Shown here: positions 1-12,273 of the stretch, piece after piece | How positions within the stretch are numbered: the stretch's first letter is position 1 | Layout: each line of letters begins with the position of its first letter | From: Mobula birostris | Lineage: Eukaryota | Reading direction: 5' to 3' | Assembly: GCF_030028105.1 (NCBI RefSeq) | Contig: NC_092376.1 | Span: forward strand, 53,740,935 to 53,804,934 | Length of the DNA: 64,000 nt | The notes under the pieces: model-generated | What the model saw: the letters and a program-made list of their open reading frames with translations, nothing else | Database searches by the model: none | What the model was told of the DNA's origin: nothing | Program-made: the position numbers and the translations under genes

Positions 1-268
1 GGATATCTGTATTGAATGATTCCCTGCTGTGGTAAGATGGACTCTAGACCTCTCAATTTACCCTGTTATGGTCTTGCACCCTTATTGTTTACCTGTACTG
101 TACTGCACTTTCTCTGTAGCTGTTACACTTCATTCCGCATTTTGTTATTGTTTTAGTTTGTTCTTCCTCAAAGCACCGTGTAATGATTTGATCTGTATTA
201 ATAGTATGCAAGACGAGCTTTTCACTCTAGATTGGTACATGTGAAAATAGTAAATTAATTCCAATTCA
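1..268 (+). repeat. 3' tail of a LINE-related dispersed repeat
   Basis: Ends in cttttcactc...gtacatgtgaaaatagtaaattaattccaattc, a polyA-signal-like motif plus short tandem tail similar to other LINE 3' ends in the window. Confidence 0.4.
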
Positions 269-369
269 GAAGCCTAGACTACTTGATCTCACAAAACAGA
301 CCTGCCATGCTAAGAAACAGTCTGGTCAATCGTCACTGTACTCTGTCAAAAATGTATCCATTTCAGATA

Positions 370-1270
370 AGGTGATTCAAATTGTACACACAACTCCTGG
401 AGTGGTCTCACAGGGCCTAATTTAACTGTAGTAATACGTACACTTTCACCCTTCTGTTCACTAAAGGCTCCCCACGAGCTCCCCAGGTTTCAAAAGGCCT
501 AACTTTTGGAAATCCAATTTTATGCCACACAGAAATATAGATATGAACAAAGAATATCTCTGTGAAAAAAGTCTGTCAATTGTACCTGTCCGTGGATGTT
601 TGCTGTAGTCTTCAATGTATAAAATAACACTGAATAATTTATTCTCAAAATGTCTGTATGGGCCACCGTCCAAATGTTTAAACTGTGGTTTAATTAAAAG
701 TAAATAAATGTTGTTTCTGCTGGCACTCTGGCTCTTTTATGACCCTATCTATAGTGACTGACTGGAAGTGAATGAACTTCTGTTGTTATTTCCTTCACTC
801 ACTTGTTTTCCCTTACTGGAAAACCATTTGGTTCCGACTGACAGATAAATTGATTCATGCATTTCTCAGGAAGGGAATACTGTACTTACATAACCTGGGA
901 GACCTCTGTATTATTTACATTCCCAGTGGACTGCTGTACTTATACCATAGTTTGTGTACAAGAGAATCTGCCCTTTGAGCATCAAATCTCCCTAATCTCT
1001 CACCATTTAAAAAGATGCCACACCTCTATATTCTTCTGCCCAAACATTACCACAGAATGGCAGGAGTTCTAGACAGTCGATATCTCAAATGTTATCATCT
1101 GCCCTGTATATTTCTCTGAAACTGCTGCTTCCCTATCAAACTGACATTTTCTTCTATGTTTTTGTTATCAGTAGACTGAGAAATATATTTAGTCACCTCA
1201 GCCATACAATTGATTGAGAATAACTGGGCCCAAGCACTGCTCCTGTGGAGCCCCACTGATCATAGCCTGC
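370..1270 (-). mobile_element. Highly degraded CR1 LINE fragments
   Basis: aaattgtacacacaactcctggagtggtctcac and actgggcccaagcactgctcctgtggagccccactg resemble the reverse strand of the CR1 ORF2 segments elsewhere in the window. Confidence 0.45.
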
Positions 1271-1289
1271 CAAGTCACCCCTTCTTATT

Positions 1290-1480
1290 ACAGGAGTCTG
1301 GGTTCAATCCTGGTTTTGGATGCTGTTTGCATGGATTTGCATATTCTCCTTGTAACTGCATAGGTTTCCTCCCATACTTCAAAGGTGTGCAAGTTAATAG
1401 GTTAATTGGTCTTTCTAAATTGTGAGCTGGTAGCAAGTTGATAAAAATAAAATGAGGCTATTGTAAGCTGACAGTAAATG
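1290..1480 (+). mobile_element. V-SINE (HE1-like) remnant
   Basis: B-box-like gggttcaatcc followed by the V-domain ggatttgcatattctccttgtaactgcataggtttcctccca...ggttaattgg. Confidence 0.7.
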
Positions 1481-3400
1481 GGTGGTTATACAGTTTTTTA
1501 ATCTGTTAACCAACTCTCCATCCATGCAAGTCTGCAAGTATATTAGTTCACCCCTACCCCCGCTGCATGTTCTACCTTTATTAACCATTCTCTCGTGTGG
1601 GATCTCATAGAAAGCCTTACAAAAATACAGAACATAAAATATTTGCTAATTCCCTATCTGCTGTTCTAGCTATGTCCTCAAAAACACTAATAGTTAATCA
1701 AACAAGATTCCCAATAGACCCATTTACCGTTTGTTGTTCTGTGGTTGTTGTAATGCCAGAAGTTCCAGTTATTGCTGGTGAGGGATGACATGTGCCATTT
1801 ACAACCCTTAGCATCACTGAGTGCAAATATCAAAAAAGCTGATGGAAATCGTGCATGGAAATGTCCAGTGCAATTTCTCCACTGGGACACCTCACCGAAA
1901 AATGATTGTTTGGGCAATCTAACCTAGGATAACTTGCTCCGAGCAATTCATGCGTTTAAAATCAGTACTAAATGTAACCGTACAGAAGTTGCTTGAAATA
2001 GTGAAGTTCTTAGTTTTAGCCAGTAGATGATGCAATTGAGTGAGCTGTGAAATCTCCCACCCAACTCTATTGTCCCTGCATATTTTTTAGAAATATTACA
2101 TTCATCAACAGGCCACAGAAAAAAAACCTCAGCATAGATTATTATTCTGCATATTATTCTGGATATCTATTACATATTTCATAATGAATGTAATTCACAG
2201 GCAATTTGCTTTTGACTGTAGATGTACTGATTATACCCGACCAAAGTACATTCACCGTATTCATTATCTGTTTAATGGAAAATAAACTGATTTCCTAGGG
2301 GCTGTGCAGCTGAGGCCTGAATCTGCAGGTGGGCCCTACTGCCAACGAAAAACTGGCTGATTTTTTTGTTTTAATTGGATATTCTGGATACCCCTTTGAT
2401 TCAGATAAGGCCAAAATATTGGAATTCCAGGCACTTAAAAACAATGTAGAACCCTCACTGTATATCCAACACTTAATGAACCAGGTCCCATAATCATCTG
2501 CAGCATTTCCAGCTGAATATTCTTTGGAGTTATTGCAAAAAAAAATGTGCTGAAGGAATTTAAAGCATGTGTATGCATAGGAAAATGGAAACAAAATAAA
2601 TGATCCAAGGGCGAAACAAAGAAGGAATAAGAGAATTTTATTCCTTAAATTTGATGGGCTAAAAATATGACTGGGCATTAAATCTATTTCCAGAGCATTT
2701 AATACTCTCTTCAGTGCCGTCAGTATGCTCAGAAGCTGCAGTGGCAAATGCAGGGACAGAGAAGCAGTGTATAATTGATCCCAAGTGTAAAACCCAGCTA
2801 ATGAAAGCATAAAACATCAGAAAAGGACAATGAATCATACGGGAGATGGCATGCTGCTGATTGCCACTTCCCTCTCCATTATCTGAAGGATATTAGTCGT
2901 GACCTATCTGAAGGGGAGCTAGGATTACGTGATGTCATTCATTCATGGCTCCAATAAATTTATTGCTTTCTAATAGATGTAATATTTGTTATCTGGGTTA
3001 AAACAAGGATTTATACAATCCATTTATTATGTCCAGCAATGACAAAAAATGCTTATTATTCAGACGAGATGTATTTTCTTGTAACATGCAAATGTTGCTT
3101 TATAAGTGGGTGATAAGGCTATATACACATTATAGAATTCTACCTGAAAAAGAAATCATTGGCTTCGGATACCATGGAAAGTAGGCATTTTTAGATGAGC
3201 TAACTTGGTCGTTGAAATACAAAATGCTTTAAATAATAAAGATAAACATGTAAGTGACTTTGTTGAGGGTCTATATATCATGTAGCCAATGCTCTAAATT
3301 GAACCAGTCAAAGTGATCTGTTGTTCCCTAATTACCACAGAAGGAAAGTGCCTTCTTCCAAAGATGAGATAAAAGCCCCACCATGAACAGTCGGACTCAC

Positions 3401-3726
3401 CCTTTCACTTTTCCGCTCTTCCAGTTTGGATAGCGTAGGAGCAGAGTTTGATGGACTGGAAGTCGCCAAGGAACTTGCTGGCCCGCCCATTGCATCTCCA
3501 TTCAGGTTGGCTGCATTAACATTCGGTGGAGTAATCGCTGCAGCCGCAGAGGTGAGTGAAATCGTTGGTCTAGTGCCAGGAGATCCAGAGGTTTGATGAA
3601 CATGTTGTGGAGAGGTCACAGGTTGCGGCCTCACCATGGTGGCAGGGACTCGGGTGGGGGGACTTTGTGTTCTTAGTGGTGGTACAGTTGCTGTTGGACG
3701 GTCAAGTACTTGAACAGCAGGATGGA
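3401..3726 (-). CDS. SH3RF3: SH3RF3 internal coding exon (326 bp, phase 1/0)
   Basis: Acceptor gtttttcag|TC and donor AGG|gtgagt. Translates HPAVQVLDRPTATVPPLRTQSPP...AAAITPPNVNAANLNG...EERKSER, with the DRPTATV and ITPPNV-AANLNG motifs of SH3RF3. The final exons were not found and presumably lie beyond base 1. Confidence 0.93.
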
Positions 3727-5149
3727 CTGAAAAACGAAACAGAGCATAGGAAAAGAGTTGGTTAGAATGACCCAAGTGCCCCTAGCTTGTGGCAAATAAG
3801 ACGGATGTTCATTTCGCAGATTATTTACAAATAATGTTAATGCCCAGATTATAATGCATAAAGAAAATTAGATACAGTAATTTATACAGAATATAATATA
3901 TACTACTGTTGGGGATTTCAGATGGATGGTATTCTACAAGTTACATTTGATAACTTAAATATATAATATTCAACATCCACTGCTCCACCCCAAAGGCCTT
4001 TCCTAGGCTAGGCAACAAAAGAAGAATTCTTTCATAAAACAGATAGCCTTTGAAGTTCTTTAGTTTGCTACTTTGTCTTGTGAAACCATTCAAGCCCAAA
4101 TTTAACTCATAAAACATGGCCTTACTGCTCCTGCTGAGATAACCAGGATATTACCAGTTATCTGAAACGCTATATTCTACTTATACTTTTCATGGGGACT
4201 TTTGCCATTAGCAACAGATGACAAGGCCAGCATATCAAAGCAACTTTCAAAACTCAGCTGAAAGAGTAAAAGAACAGGTTTGTTGCTTTCACGATAAACA
4301 GACCCTTCTTTTTATAGATCCATCTTGTTCTCCGGCCCTGTTATCACCAGGAGTTTGGGGCAACTTAAGGAAAGTTGCATCACAATGTAGGGGATGGATA
4401 TGGCAGATCATCCACCTCGTGCATTACAATATGACCTCTCCTTCAGTTCACATATTTTAATGTTGATGTGTGAAACACAAGCACATTTTCCTCTTGTACT
4501 CCAGAAATGTAACCTATGCGATTTTACTAAAGGAAAATGAATTATTAGTAAATGTTATACAAAAGGTTAAAAAAGTCATGAATTATTTACTTATTGTCAA
4601 AACAGATACTAAAAGACCAGAATACCAAGTTCTGACATAGATCTGTGCTACATTGAAAGTGCCTTCACTTCTTGTCCTCATGCTGCCTGGAGGCCAGGAA
4701 TCTCCAGGAACACATGTAATAGAAAATGCCTGTAATACATTCACTCAGTAGTCAGTGTGCTTCATTCTAAGGGGATGGAATCACATAAATCAATCCCCAA
4801 AGTGTAGGCAAAAGAATTCAAAAGCTCATATACGATCTATTAGAAGCGTGCATATAGTTAGCTGGCCTCTAGAGAAAGGGAATTAGAAAAGAAACAAGTT
4901 TCTTTGAAATGTATCATGTCACATGCCTTTTGTATAACATTCTTCAATCAACAGCAATGTTTGTCAGATCTTTCATTTAACATGCCCCTGCCTTTGTCCA
5001 CATTATGTTCTAGAGGATGTTTACCTGGGTCAGCTCCTGTCTTATTTACTGCTCCCTGCACTGTGGGAAAGGTGGCAATATTGCATCACGGAGCTGGCAA
5101 GGTTATGGAACTGGCTAATGTGAGGAGTGAAAGAGATCTGAACTGTATT

Positions 5150-5300
5150 GCAAATATGAGAATATTTGCAGCTACTGGAAATCCAAGCAATCACTCAAAA
5201 TGCTGGAGTCCTGTCGAAGGGTCTCAGCCCGAAATGCCGACTGTTTCCTCTTTTCCTTAGATACTGCTTGGCTGCCTGAGTTCCTCCAGCACTTTGTGTC
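5150..5300. mobile_element. Penelope-like element end (short fold-back) with degenerate hammerhead motif
   Basis: caaaatgctggag...ctccagcactttgtg inverted termini; gagtc-ctgtcga-agggtctcagccc-gaaa-tgcc-gactg at 5206-5243. Confidence 0.75.
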
Positions 5301-5523
5301 TGAACACTTAACGGGAGGTTAGCATACAAAGGAGGTAGGAAAAGATGATGTCCAGTGGAAAAGACTCACAAGGAGTATAAACAATCGCATGCATAAATTG
5401 GGTGAACAGCTTACTTTTATGCAATGAATATAACATTTACCAAGAGCGGCACTCCATTTAACCCAACGCATAGTAAAGATACGTTTTATTTGGAAGAAAG
5501 AGAAAATCATGTGCATTACATAC

Positions 5524-5768
5524 CCATCTGCGTGGCACTGCGAGCTTGGTTGACAGTTTGCTGTCCTGAGTATCGCAAACAGTTGAGTTGCGGACTGGAT
5601 GCATGAAGCTGTGCCTGTACAGGGGGGCTGGCAACAGGGGGAATAGGCCTCACTCCATTATTCACAAGACACGTTACTGCTGGGCTGCCTGATGAAGAGT
5701 TTCCTTTCATGTTTTGGGCCGTGCCTCCTGGCACTGTATTTCTTGACTGAGTTGCTGCAAAGGGAGCC
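5524..5768 (-). CDS. SH3RF3: SH3RF3 internal coding exon (245 bp, phase 2/1), Pro/Ser-rich linker
   Basis: Acceptor gttgttttag|G and donor ATGG|gtatgt. Open frame APFAATQSRNTVPGG...QARSATQM; phases match both neighbouring exons. Confidence 0.9.
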
Positions 5769-6011
5769 CTAAAACAACACATACCATGCCCCATTGAATG
5801 ACTACACACACCAACATTTCTTTACTTTAACAATATTGCTTATGGAAAAATATTTCAACAGCAGCAATTTATCTAGGCCTCTAGCAATGTTGAATATCCC
5901 AGCACATGTATTCCTCCTGCCACGATCCATCCCATCTTACTCTAGCTTTGTTAAAACCACATAGCAGGGTCACAGGCAGCTGCTCTCCCTAATTCTATGA
6001 TCTACACCCAC

Positions 6012-6182
6012 CTGGACACAGGAGTTACGTAATTCCCTGGAAAGACACCAGACATTCCTGTCCTCAGTGAAGTGCCTTTGAACCATCCATCTTGGCATTT
6101 CTCAATAACGCGATACATTTCCCCTTTCCGCAGCTCCATCTCATCCGCTTTTTGTGGCTTATAGCCATACATGGCCATGTAT
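6012..6182 (-). CDS. SH3RF3: SH3RF3 exon encoding the third SH3 domain (171 bp, phase 2/2)
   Basis: Acceptor gcatttcag|A and donor CCAG|gtgggt. Translates [57 protein letters not shown], an SH3 domain closer to SH3RF3 (YKPQK, EMYRV, SLRTG) than to SH3RF1. Confidence 0.96.
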
Positions 6183-7453
6183 CTGAAATGCAAAATGTCA
6201 AATCCGAGGTCTCAGTTCACAATCTCCTCCCTGCATTATGCATTAGTCAAAAGACCTCCATCGATGTTACTTTTATGAACAGTTTTTAGGGATATACTCC
6301 ATGTGCCCATTCTGAATGGCTTTTACTTGTTCTCACACGCCAATCCTCCATAAATTTCAAACAGCGAGTCTCGTCACAGTCCACTGGAGAGCAATCTACA
6401 TTGGTTGAAGGGGTTAAGGCAGCTATCAATTGCTGACCATAGCCCACCATTTTCACTCCACTTCCATCATTCTCCAATGGGCCACATGATCTAATGGATC
6501 GCATCATCTAAATGAAACTTGGAAACACAGGCTTTAAAGGAGCACTACCCAACGAGTCACCCTAACAAATAATGGTAGATTTTTTTAAACTGTTAAGTAG
6601 AGTATTGGAATGGTTTAAGACCCTGCCCAATTTTCCTATCAGATTAAGTAACTTGAAGTTGGCCCTATATCATGGTACGGGGCAATGGGGTGGTTGTAGA
6701 ATACGATGATATGAGATTTTTTTGGGCAGTAGATTAACTACTCAGATTTTTTTTCAGTGGCCCTTTAGCAAGTTATGCAACTTTAATATCATGAACTAGA
6801 TTTTTTAAATACTAAAAGACTTGTGTATCATACCAGATTTATTGTTCACTGAACTATTTGCACTGGTGAGCTTGGAATAAAACTGAACTACTGCAAGATG
6901 GCTAATTTACAAATTTGTACACTCTGAGGAAGTCATTGTTTTCTCTTTTTTAAGGATAACTTCAATGACATATCCTGAAGTCTCAGTCAGTTCCGCATAC
7001 TGATTCCTAATTATATGTGCAAATTGATGGTTCATTTGCCCTCAGGGCAATTGCATTTTAATTTTAAAAACAATTAATTGACCAAAATGTTTTGAGGTAT
7101 TTTTACGAAATCAGAACTCTTCAAATAAATTAATTTTTCTACAGGCTTATACATTTCACTCCTGTATTTTAGATTAGATCAGCAACAGATTCAATAACTT
7201 ATTAATGCATTAATTTCACTGTACATCTCAGTCACAGTCATCACACTAAGTGATAAACTATATATGTTAGTAGCTAGATAATAGCAACTATGAACAATGC
7301 TAAGCAGCATAATTTTGTAATAGAACTTATCCCCAACAACAATATTCCACTAATCACAATCAATGTTAGAAAAGCATTACCTTTTCTAGCCAGTTCTTTC
7401 CTAACTGGTTCTGTAAACAGACTTTGTCATTGTTAGGTATTTATATTGGCAGG

Positions 7454-7694
7454 TGTTGTGTATTTAATATGTCAGTAATATTTGTGTAATCTTGTATACG
7501 TATTGTTTGATTAAGCATCCTTCATAGTTAATATAATTCATCATAGGTTATATGTAAAATTACGTGAATTTCATACGTCATCACAATACCACATGATACA
7601 TGTGTGCTTCACTTAAACGAAACACAAAGTCAGACGCACAGTTAGGATTCTTGTGTTTCCCTTTGAAGTAGTTTAATGGTTACAAAGCATTACA
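7454..7694 (+). repeat. 5' LTR
   Basis: tgttgtgtatttaatat...gcattaca; aligns by eye to 15436-15667, 16138-16368 and the reverse complement of 42492-42737. Confidence 0.9.
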
Positions 7695-7695
7695 C

Positions 7696-7706
7696 TGGCA
7701 ATGAGG
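7696..7706 (+). promoter_or_regulatory. Primer-binding site, degenerate TGGCGACGAGG (tRNA-Ser(GCU)-type)
   Basis: tggcaatgagg immediately 3' of the LTR; the copy at 16370 reads tggtgatgagg. Both are CpG-decay products of TGGCGACGAGG, complementary to the 3' end of vertebrate tRNA-Ser(GCU). Confidence 0.7.
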
Positions 7707-7922
7707 TATTTTTTAAAGGAACCCGAGGTGGCTACTGGCCTGTTGAAGTGCAGCAACATGTACAAACTAAAAAACAAGCAGCAAGGTACAGCAAGTAAAA
7801 AAAAATGAAGCCTAGCACGTGCAGAGACAGTCAAGTGGAAAAAAAGGGCAGTAAACAGAAGAATTCACAAGTTCATAAAGACTTGAGTTCCAGGTGATAA
7901 TAAGCATTAAAAAAAGAGCAGA

Positions 7923-8695
7923 AATGGCTGGCTACATCAGAAAGATTGTGCTACAGAAAGATTAAGAAGGCACATTTGATTACAGAGACAAAATTGAATT
8001 GTAGATAGGAATAAAAGTGAGATAAACAAAACTGCAATATCCAAACAAAAACCAGCCTTCCTGAACAAGTTGTGTTACCATTGTGACATACACCATAAAA
8101 GCAAATTTAAAGGCAAAACTTGCAGAAAATGCAACAAAGTAGGACACATGCAAAGAGTATGTTGGGCAGACAAAGTAAATGGACTGCACAGAGGAGAGAA
8201 CAAGATAAAAAGTCTGGTTGCCATTTCAAAAAGAACACTAATCTGCACGGTATTGATGAAAAATCTGATAATGATGAGAGTGACAGAGGACTGTGCAGCC
8301 ATGAGATTTATAATGTGAAAACTAGCAATACACAAGCAATATGGCTTACACCAGAAGTAAACAGCAAGTTAACTAAAATGGAACTGGTTCAGCGGTTTCA
8401 GTCAGTCCATAAAATGGGTTTGAAGAGCTTTTCAAAGATACTAAACTGAAGCCTGCAGATACCCATCTAAGGACTCATACTAGAGAAAAGATACCTCCTG
8501 TGGGAATGACATTCATAACAGTAAAATACAATAACCAACAGCCACATTGAGCTTATATGTAGCAACAACAGGAGGAGGTGGGGATGAGATTGCCTGAGAC
8601 AACTACAACTTGATTGGAGATCTATCCACCATTTGCATGCCATATCCCCTGCAGTGAAGCCAACTGAAAGCGAATTAAGAAACGTATTTGATTAT
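7923..8695 (+). pseudogene. Decayed gag and aspartic protease region of the LTR element
   Basis: Starts MAGYI; CRKCNKVGHMQRVC is a CX2CX4HX4C knuckle; IWLTPEVNSKLTKMEL precedes the deleted DTG motif; multiple deletions and frameshifts. Confidence 0.85.
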
Positions 8696-8699
8696 GACA

Positions 8700-8862
8700 A
8701 AACTGTCTCCATGCTGTACATCATGAACAGTGGTCCAACAGAGGGCAAACAGGTTCTGTGCCTCTGGTTGGAAAGCATACTGGACCAAGGGAGGACCATG
8801 CAGCTTAGAGGGATGGTGAAAGTGTCGAAAGCAGTGGTCTGACCTCAATTTTTATAGGTAAC
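8700..8862 (+). pseudogene. RBM25: RBM25 retrocopy fragment, segment 1
   Basis: LVGKHTGPREDHA (from 8764) and SSGLTSIFIGN match RBM25 MVGKHLGARKDHP and NCGPTTTVFVGN (RRM RNP2; human sequence from memory). Confidence 0.75.
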
Positions 8863-8863
8863 A

Positions 8864-11800
8864 CATAGAGTCATAGAATAATATAGCACAGAAACAGTCC
8901 CTTTGGCCCATCTAGTCCATGCCAAAGCATTTCAACAGCCTACTCCCTTCGACTGCACCTGGACCATAGCCCTCCATACCCCTACCGTCCATGTAACTAT
9001 CCAAACTTCTCTTAAAATATTTAAATCAAACTTCCATGCACCACTTGCACTGGCAGCTAATTTCACATTATCATCACTCTCTGAGTGAAAATGTCTCCCC
9101 TCGTTCCCTTAAACTTTTCAACTTTCACCCTTAACCTATGACCTCTAGTTTTAGTCTCACCCAACCTCAGTGGAAAAAAGCCTGTTTGTATTTACCCTAC
9201 CTATACTGCTCATAATTTTGTATACCTCTATCAAATCTCCACTCAATCTTCTACGTTCTAAAGAATACAGTCCTAACCTATTCTTTCCTTATATCTCAGG
9301 TCCCCCAGACCTGCATTATCCTTGTAAATTTTCTCTGCACTCTTTCAACCTTGTTTACATCTTTCCTATAGGTAGGTGACCAAAACTGCACATAATACTC
9401 CAAATTAGACCTCATCAATGCCTTATACAATTACAACATAACATCCCATCTCCTGTACTCAGTACTTAGATTTATGAAGGCTACTGTGTCAAAAGCTTTC
9501 TTTATGACCCTATCTACCTGGGCCACGACTTTCAATTAATTACAGACCTGTATTCCCAGATCCCTTTGTCCTACAGCACTCTTCAGTGACCTGCTGTTCA
9601 CTGTGTAAGACCAACTCTGTTTGGTCCTACCGAAGTGGAAGACCTTGCATTTGTCTGCATTGAGCTTCATCTGTCATTTTTCAGCCCATTTTTCCAGCTC
9701 ATACAAATTCCTCTGAAAGCCACGATAGCTCTCCTCACTGTCCACTACATCCCAATCTTGGTGTCACCTGCAAATTTGCTGATCCAGTTAACCACATTAA
9801 CACACAGATCATTGATACAGATGACAAACAACAATGCACCCAGCACCGATCCCTGAGGCACGCCAGTAGTCACAGGCCTCCAGTCAGAGAGGCTTCATTT
9901 ACTACCTCATCCTGATGCAGAGTGACTGAACTTTCTTGACCAACCTCCCATGGTCAAATACCTAACTAAATCCACGTAGACAACATCCATTGCCTTGCTT
10001 TCATCAACTTTCCTGGCAACTTCCTTCTAAATCTCTATAAGATTGGTTTGACACAACCTACCACTCACAAAGCCATGCTGACTATTCCTAATCAGTTCAT
10101 GTCTATCCAAATACTCATATATCCCGTCTCTTAGAATACTTTCCAATAACTTACTCACCACTGATGTCAGGCTCACCAGCCTATAATTTCCTCCTTTATT
10201 TTTCGAGCCTTTCATAAACAGCAGAACAACACTGGCTATCCTCCAAACCTCCAGTACCTCACCCGTCACTAAGGATGATTTAATTATCACTGCTAGGGCC
10301 CCTGCAATTTCTGCACTTGCCTCCAACAGGGTCTGAGGGAACTCCTTGTCAGGCCCTATGACTGATATCTGTAGGACCCCTTTGGATTTTCCTTCACTTT
10401 GTCCGCTAGAGCAACCTCCTGATTTCTTTCTAAAGTCATCTCTTGCAATTTTTGTATTCCTTAAGTACCTCATTTATTCCTAACTGTCTATACCAGCTAC
10501 ACACTAACTTTTTTTCTTAACCAGGACCTCAATATCTCTTGAAATCCAAGGTTCCCTATATCTGTTATCTTTACCTTTTATTCTGACAGGCACATACAAG
10601 CTTTGTACTTTCAAAATTTCACTTTTGATGGACTCCCACTTACCAAGTTCACCTTTGCCAGAAAACAGTCTGTCCCAATCTATACTTGCCAGATCTTTTC
10701 TGATACCATCAACATTGATCTTTCTCCAATTTAGAATTTCAACCTGTGGACTAGACCTATCTTTTTACATATTTACTTTGAAGCTAATGGCATTATGATC
10801 CCTACGTGCAAAATGTTCCCATACACAATCTTCTGTCTCTTGCCCTATCTCATTCCCTAATACCAGATGAAGTATTTCACACTCTCTTGTTTGGACTTCT
10901 ATATGCTGATTAAGGAAACTTTCCAAAACACATTTGACAAACTCTATCCCACCTAGTCCATTTATAGTATGACAGTCCCAGTTAATATGTGGAAAGTTAA
11001 AATCACCTTATGTTTCTTGCTACAGTCTGTGATTTCTCGACAAATTTGTTCCTTTGAATCCTAGGGACTGTTAGGTGGTCTATAATCTAGACCATTAACA
11101 TAGACATGCCTTTCTTATTATTTACTTCCACCCATAAAGCCTCACTAGATGAGTTCACCAGTCTGGCTCCACTGAGCACTGACATGACATTTTCCCTAAG
11201 TAGTAACGTCGCCCCTCCCACTCTTGCGTCTAAAACAGCGGATCTTTGGAATATTGTGCTGTCAGTCGTCCCTCCTGCAGACAAGTCTCACTAATGGCTA
11301 CAATATCATAATTCCATGTATTGATCTATGCCCTGACCTCATCCACCTTTCCTATAATATTTCTTGCATTGAAATATATGCAGCTCAGGTCACAAGTCAC
11401 CTCATGTTCAACCTTTTGATTCCTGACTTTGTCTGAGGTCTTAACAACATCTGTCTCCACAACCTCTCCACTATCTGTTCTGGCACTCAGGTTCCCATCC
11501 CCCTGCAACTCTAGTTTAACCCCTCCCACCCCCACTGCAGCATTAACAAACCTTTCCGCTAGGATAATGGCACCTCCTCCAGTTCAGGTGCAAACCGTCT
11601 TTTCTATACAGGTCTCACCTTTCCTGGAAGAGAGCCCAAAGATCCAAAAATCTGATGCCCTCCCTCCTATACCAACTCCTTAGCCACATGTTAAACAGTA
11701 TGCTCCTTCTATTTCTGGCCTCACTAGCACACAGCAGTCCTGAGATCACAACTGTGGAGATCCTGCCCTTTAACTTAGCACCTAACTTCCTGCACTCACT

Positions 11801-11975
11801 TTGCAGAACCTCATCCCTCTTCCTCTGTTATTGTACCTACGTGGACCACGATCTCTGGCTGCTCACCTGCCCACTTAAGGATACTGAGGACTGGATCCAA
11901 GATGTCCTGGACCCTTGTAATTGTTCTTGTTAATCAATCCTGATCGCTGATTGACTGCTTCTCAAATGACTTTCT
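8864..11975 (-). mobile_element. Old CR1 LINE (ORF2 plus part of the ORF1 esterase), inserted in the RBM25 fragment
   Basis: 3' tail catagagtcatag at 8864; ORF pieces NYRLVSLTSVVSKLLESIL...SQHGFV and LSCIYFNARNIIGKVDE; many frameshifts. 5' boundary approximate. Confidence 0.88.
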
Positions 11976-11979
11976 CAAA

Positions 11980-12273
11980 ATATCTTAGAAAGTTTCTAAT
12001 ATATTAATCCGGCTTTAGGAAGAGAGTTTGAAGAGCTTCAGGAAAGTTGCAAACATTCAGCTTTTGCAAGTATAAAGAACCAGAAAATACTTTGCATGCA
12101 TTAAGGTTATTGCATGGGAGATGAAAGGCTACTTGTAAAGTAGATGTAAAGATCAAAGCCCAGCTGGATGAATGAAAGGCCAAAAAGAAAGGAGTCAATG
12201 GAGATACAAAAACAGAAGATTCATCAGATGATGTTGTGGATGAGAAAACCAAGAGGAGAGATCAAGTTGTAAA
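11980..12273 (+). pseudogene. RBM25: RBM25 retrocopy fragment, segment 2 (RRM)
   Basis: IS*KVSNILIR, ASGKLQTFSFCKYKEPENTLHALRLLH and VDVKIKAQLDE*KAKKKGVNG...VDEKTKRRDQVVK match RBM25 ISEKASDMLIR, ASGKLQAFGFCEYKEPESTLRALRLLH and VDAKTKAQLDEWKAKKKASNG...LDEETKRRDQMIK. Stops and indels present; no introns. Confidence 0.92.

Noticed and set aside
2295-2810. 171-aa minus-strand ORF as the next SH3RF3 exon
   Set aside because: No similarity to the expected KEKKSGLLKLL-type sequence or the fourth SH3 domain; AT-rich and lacks supporting splice sites.
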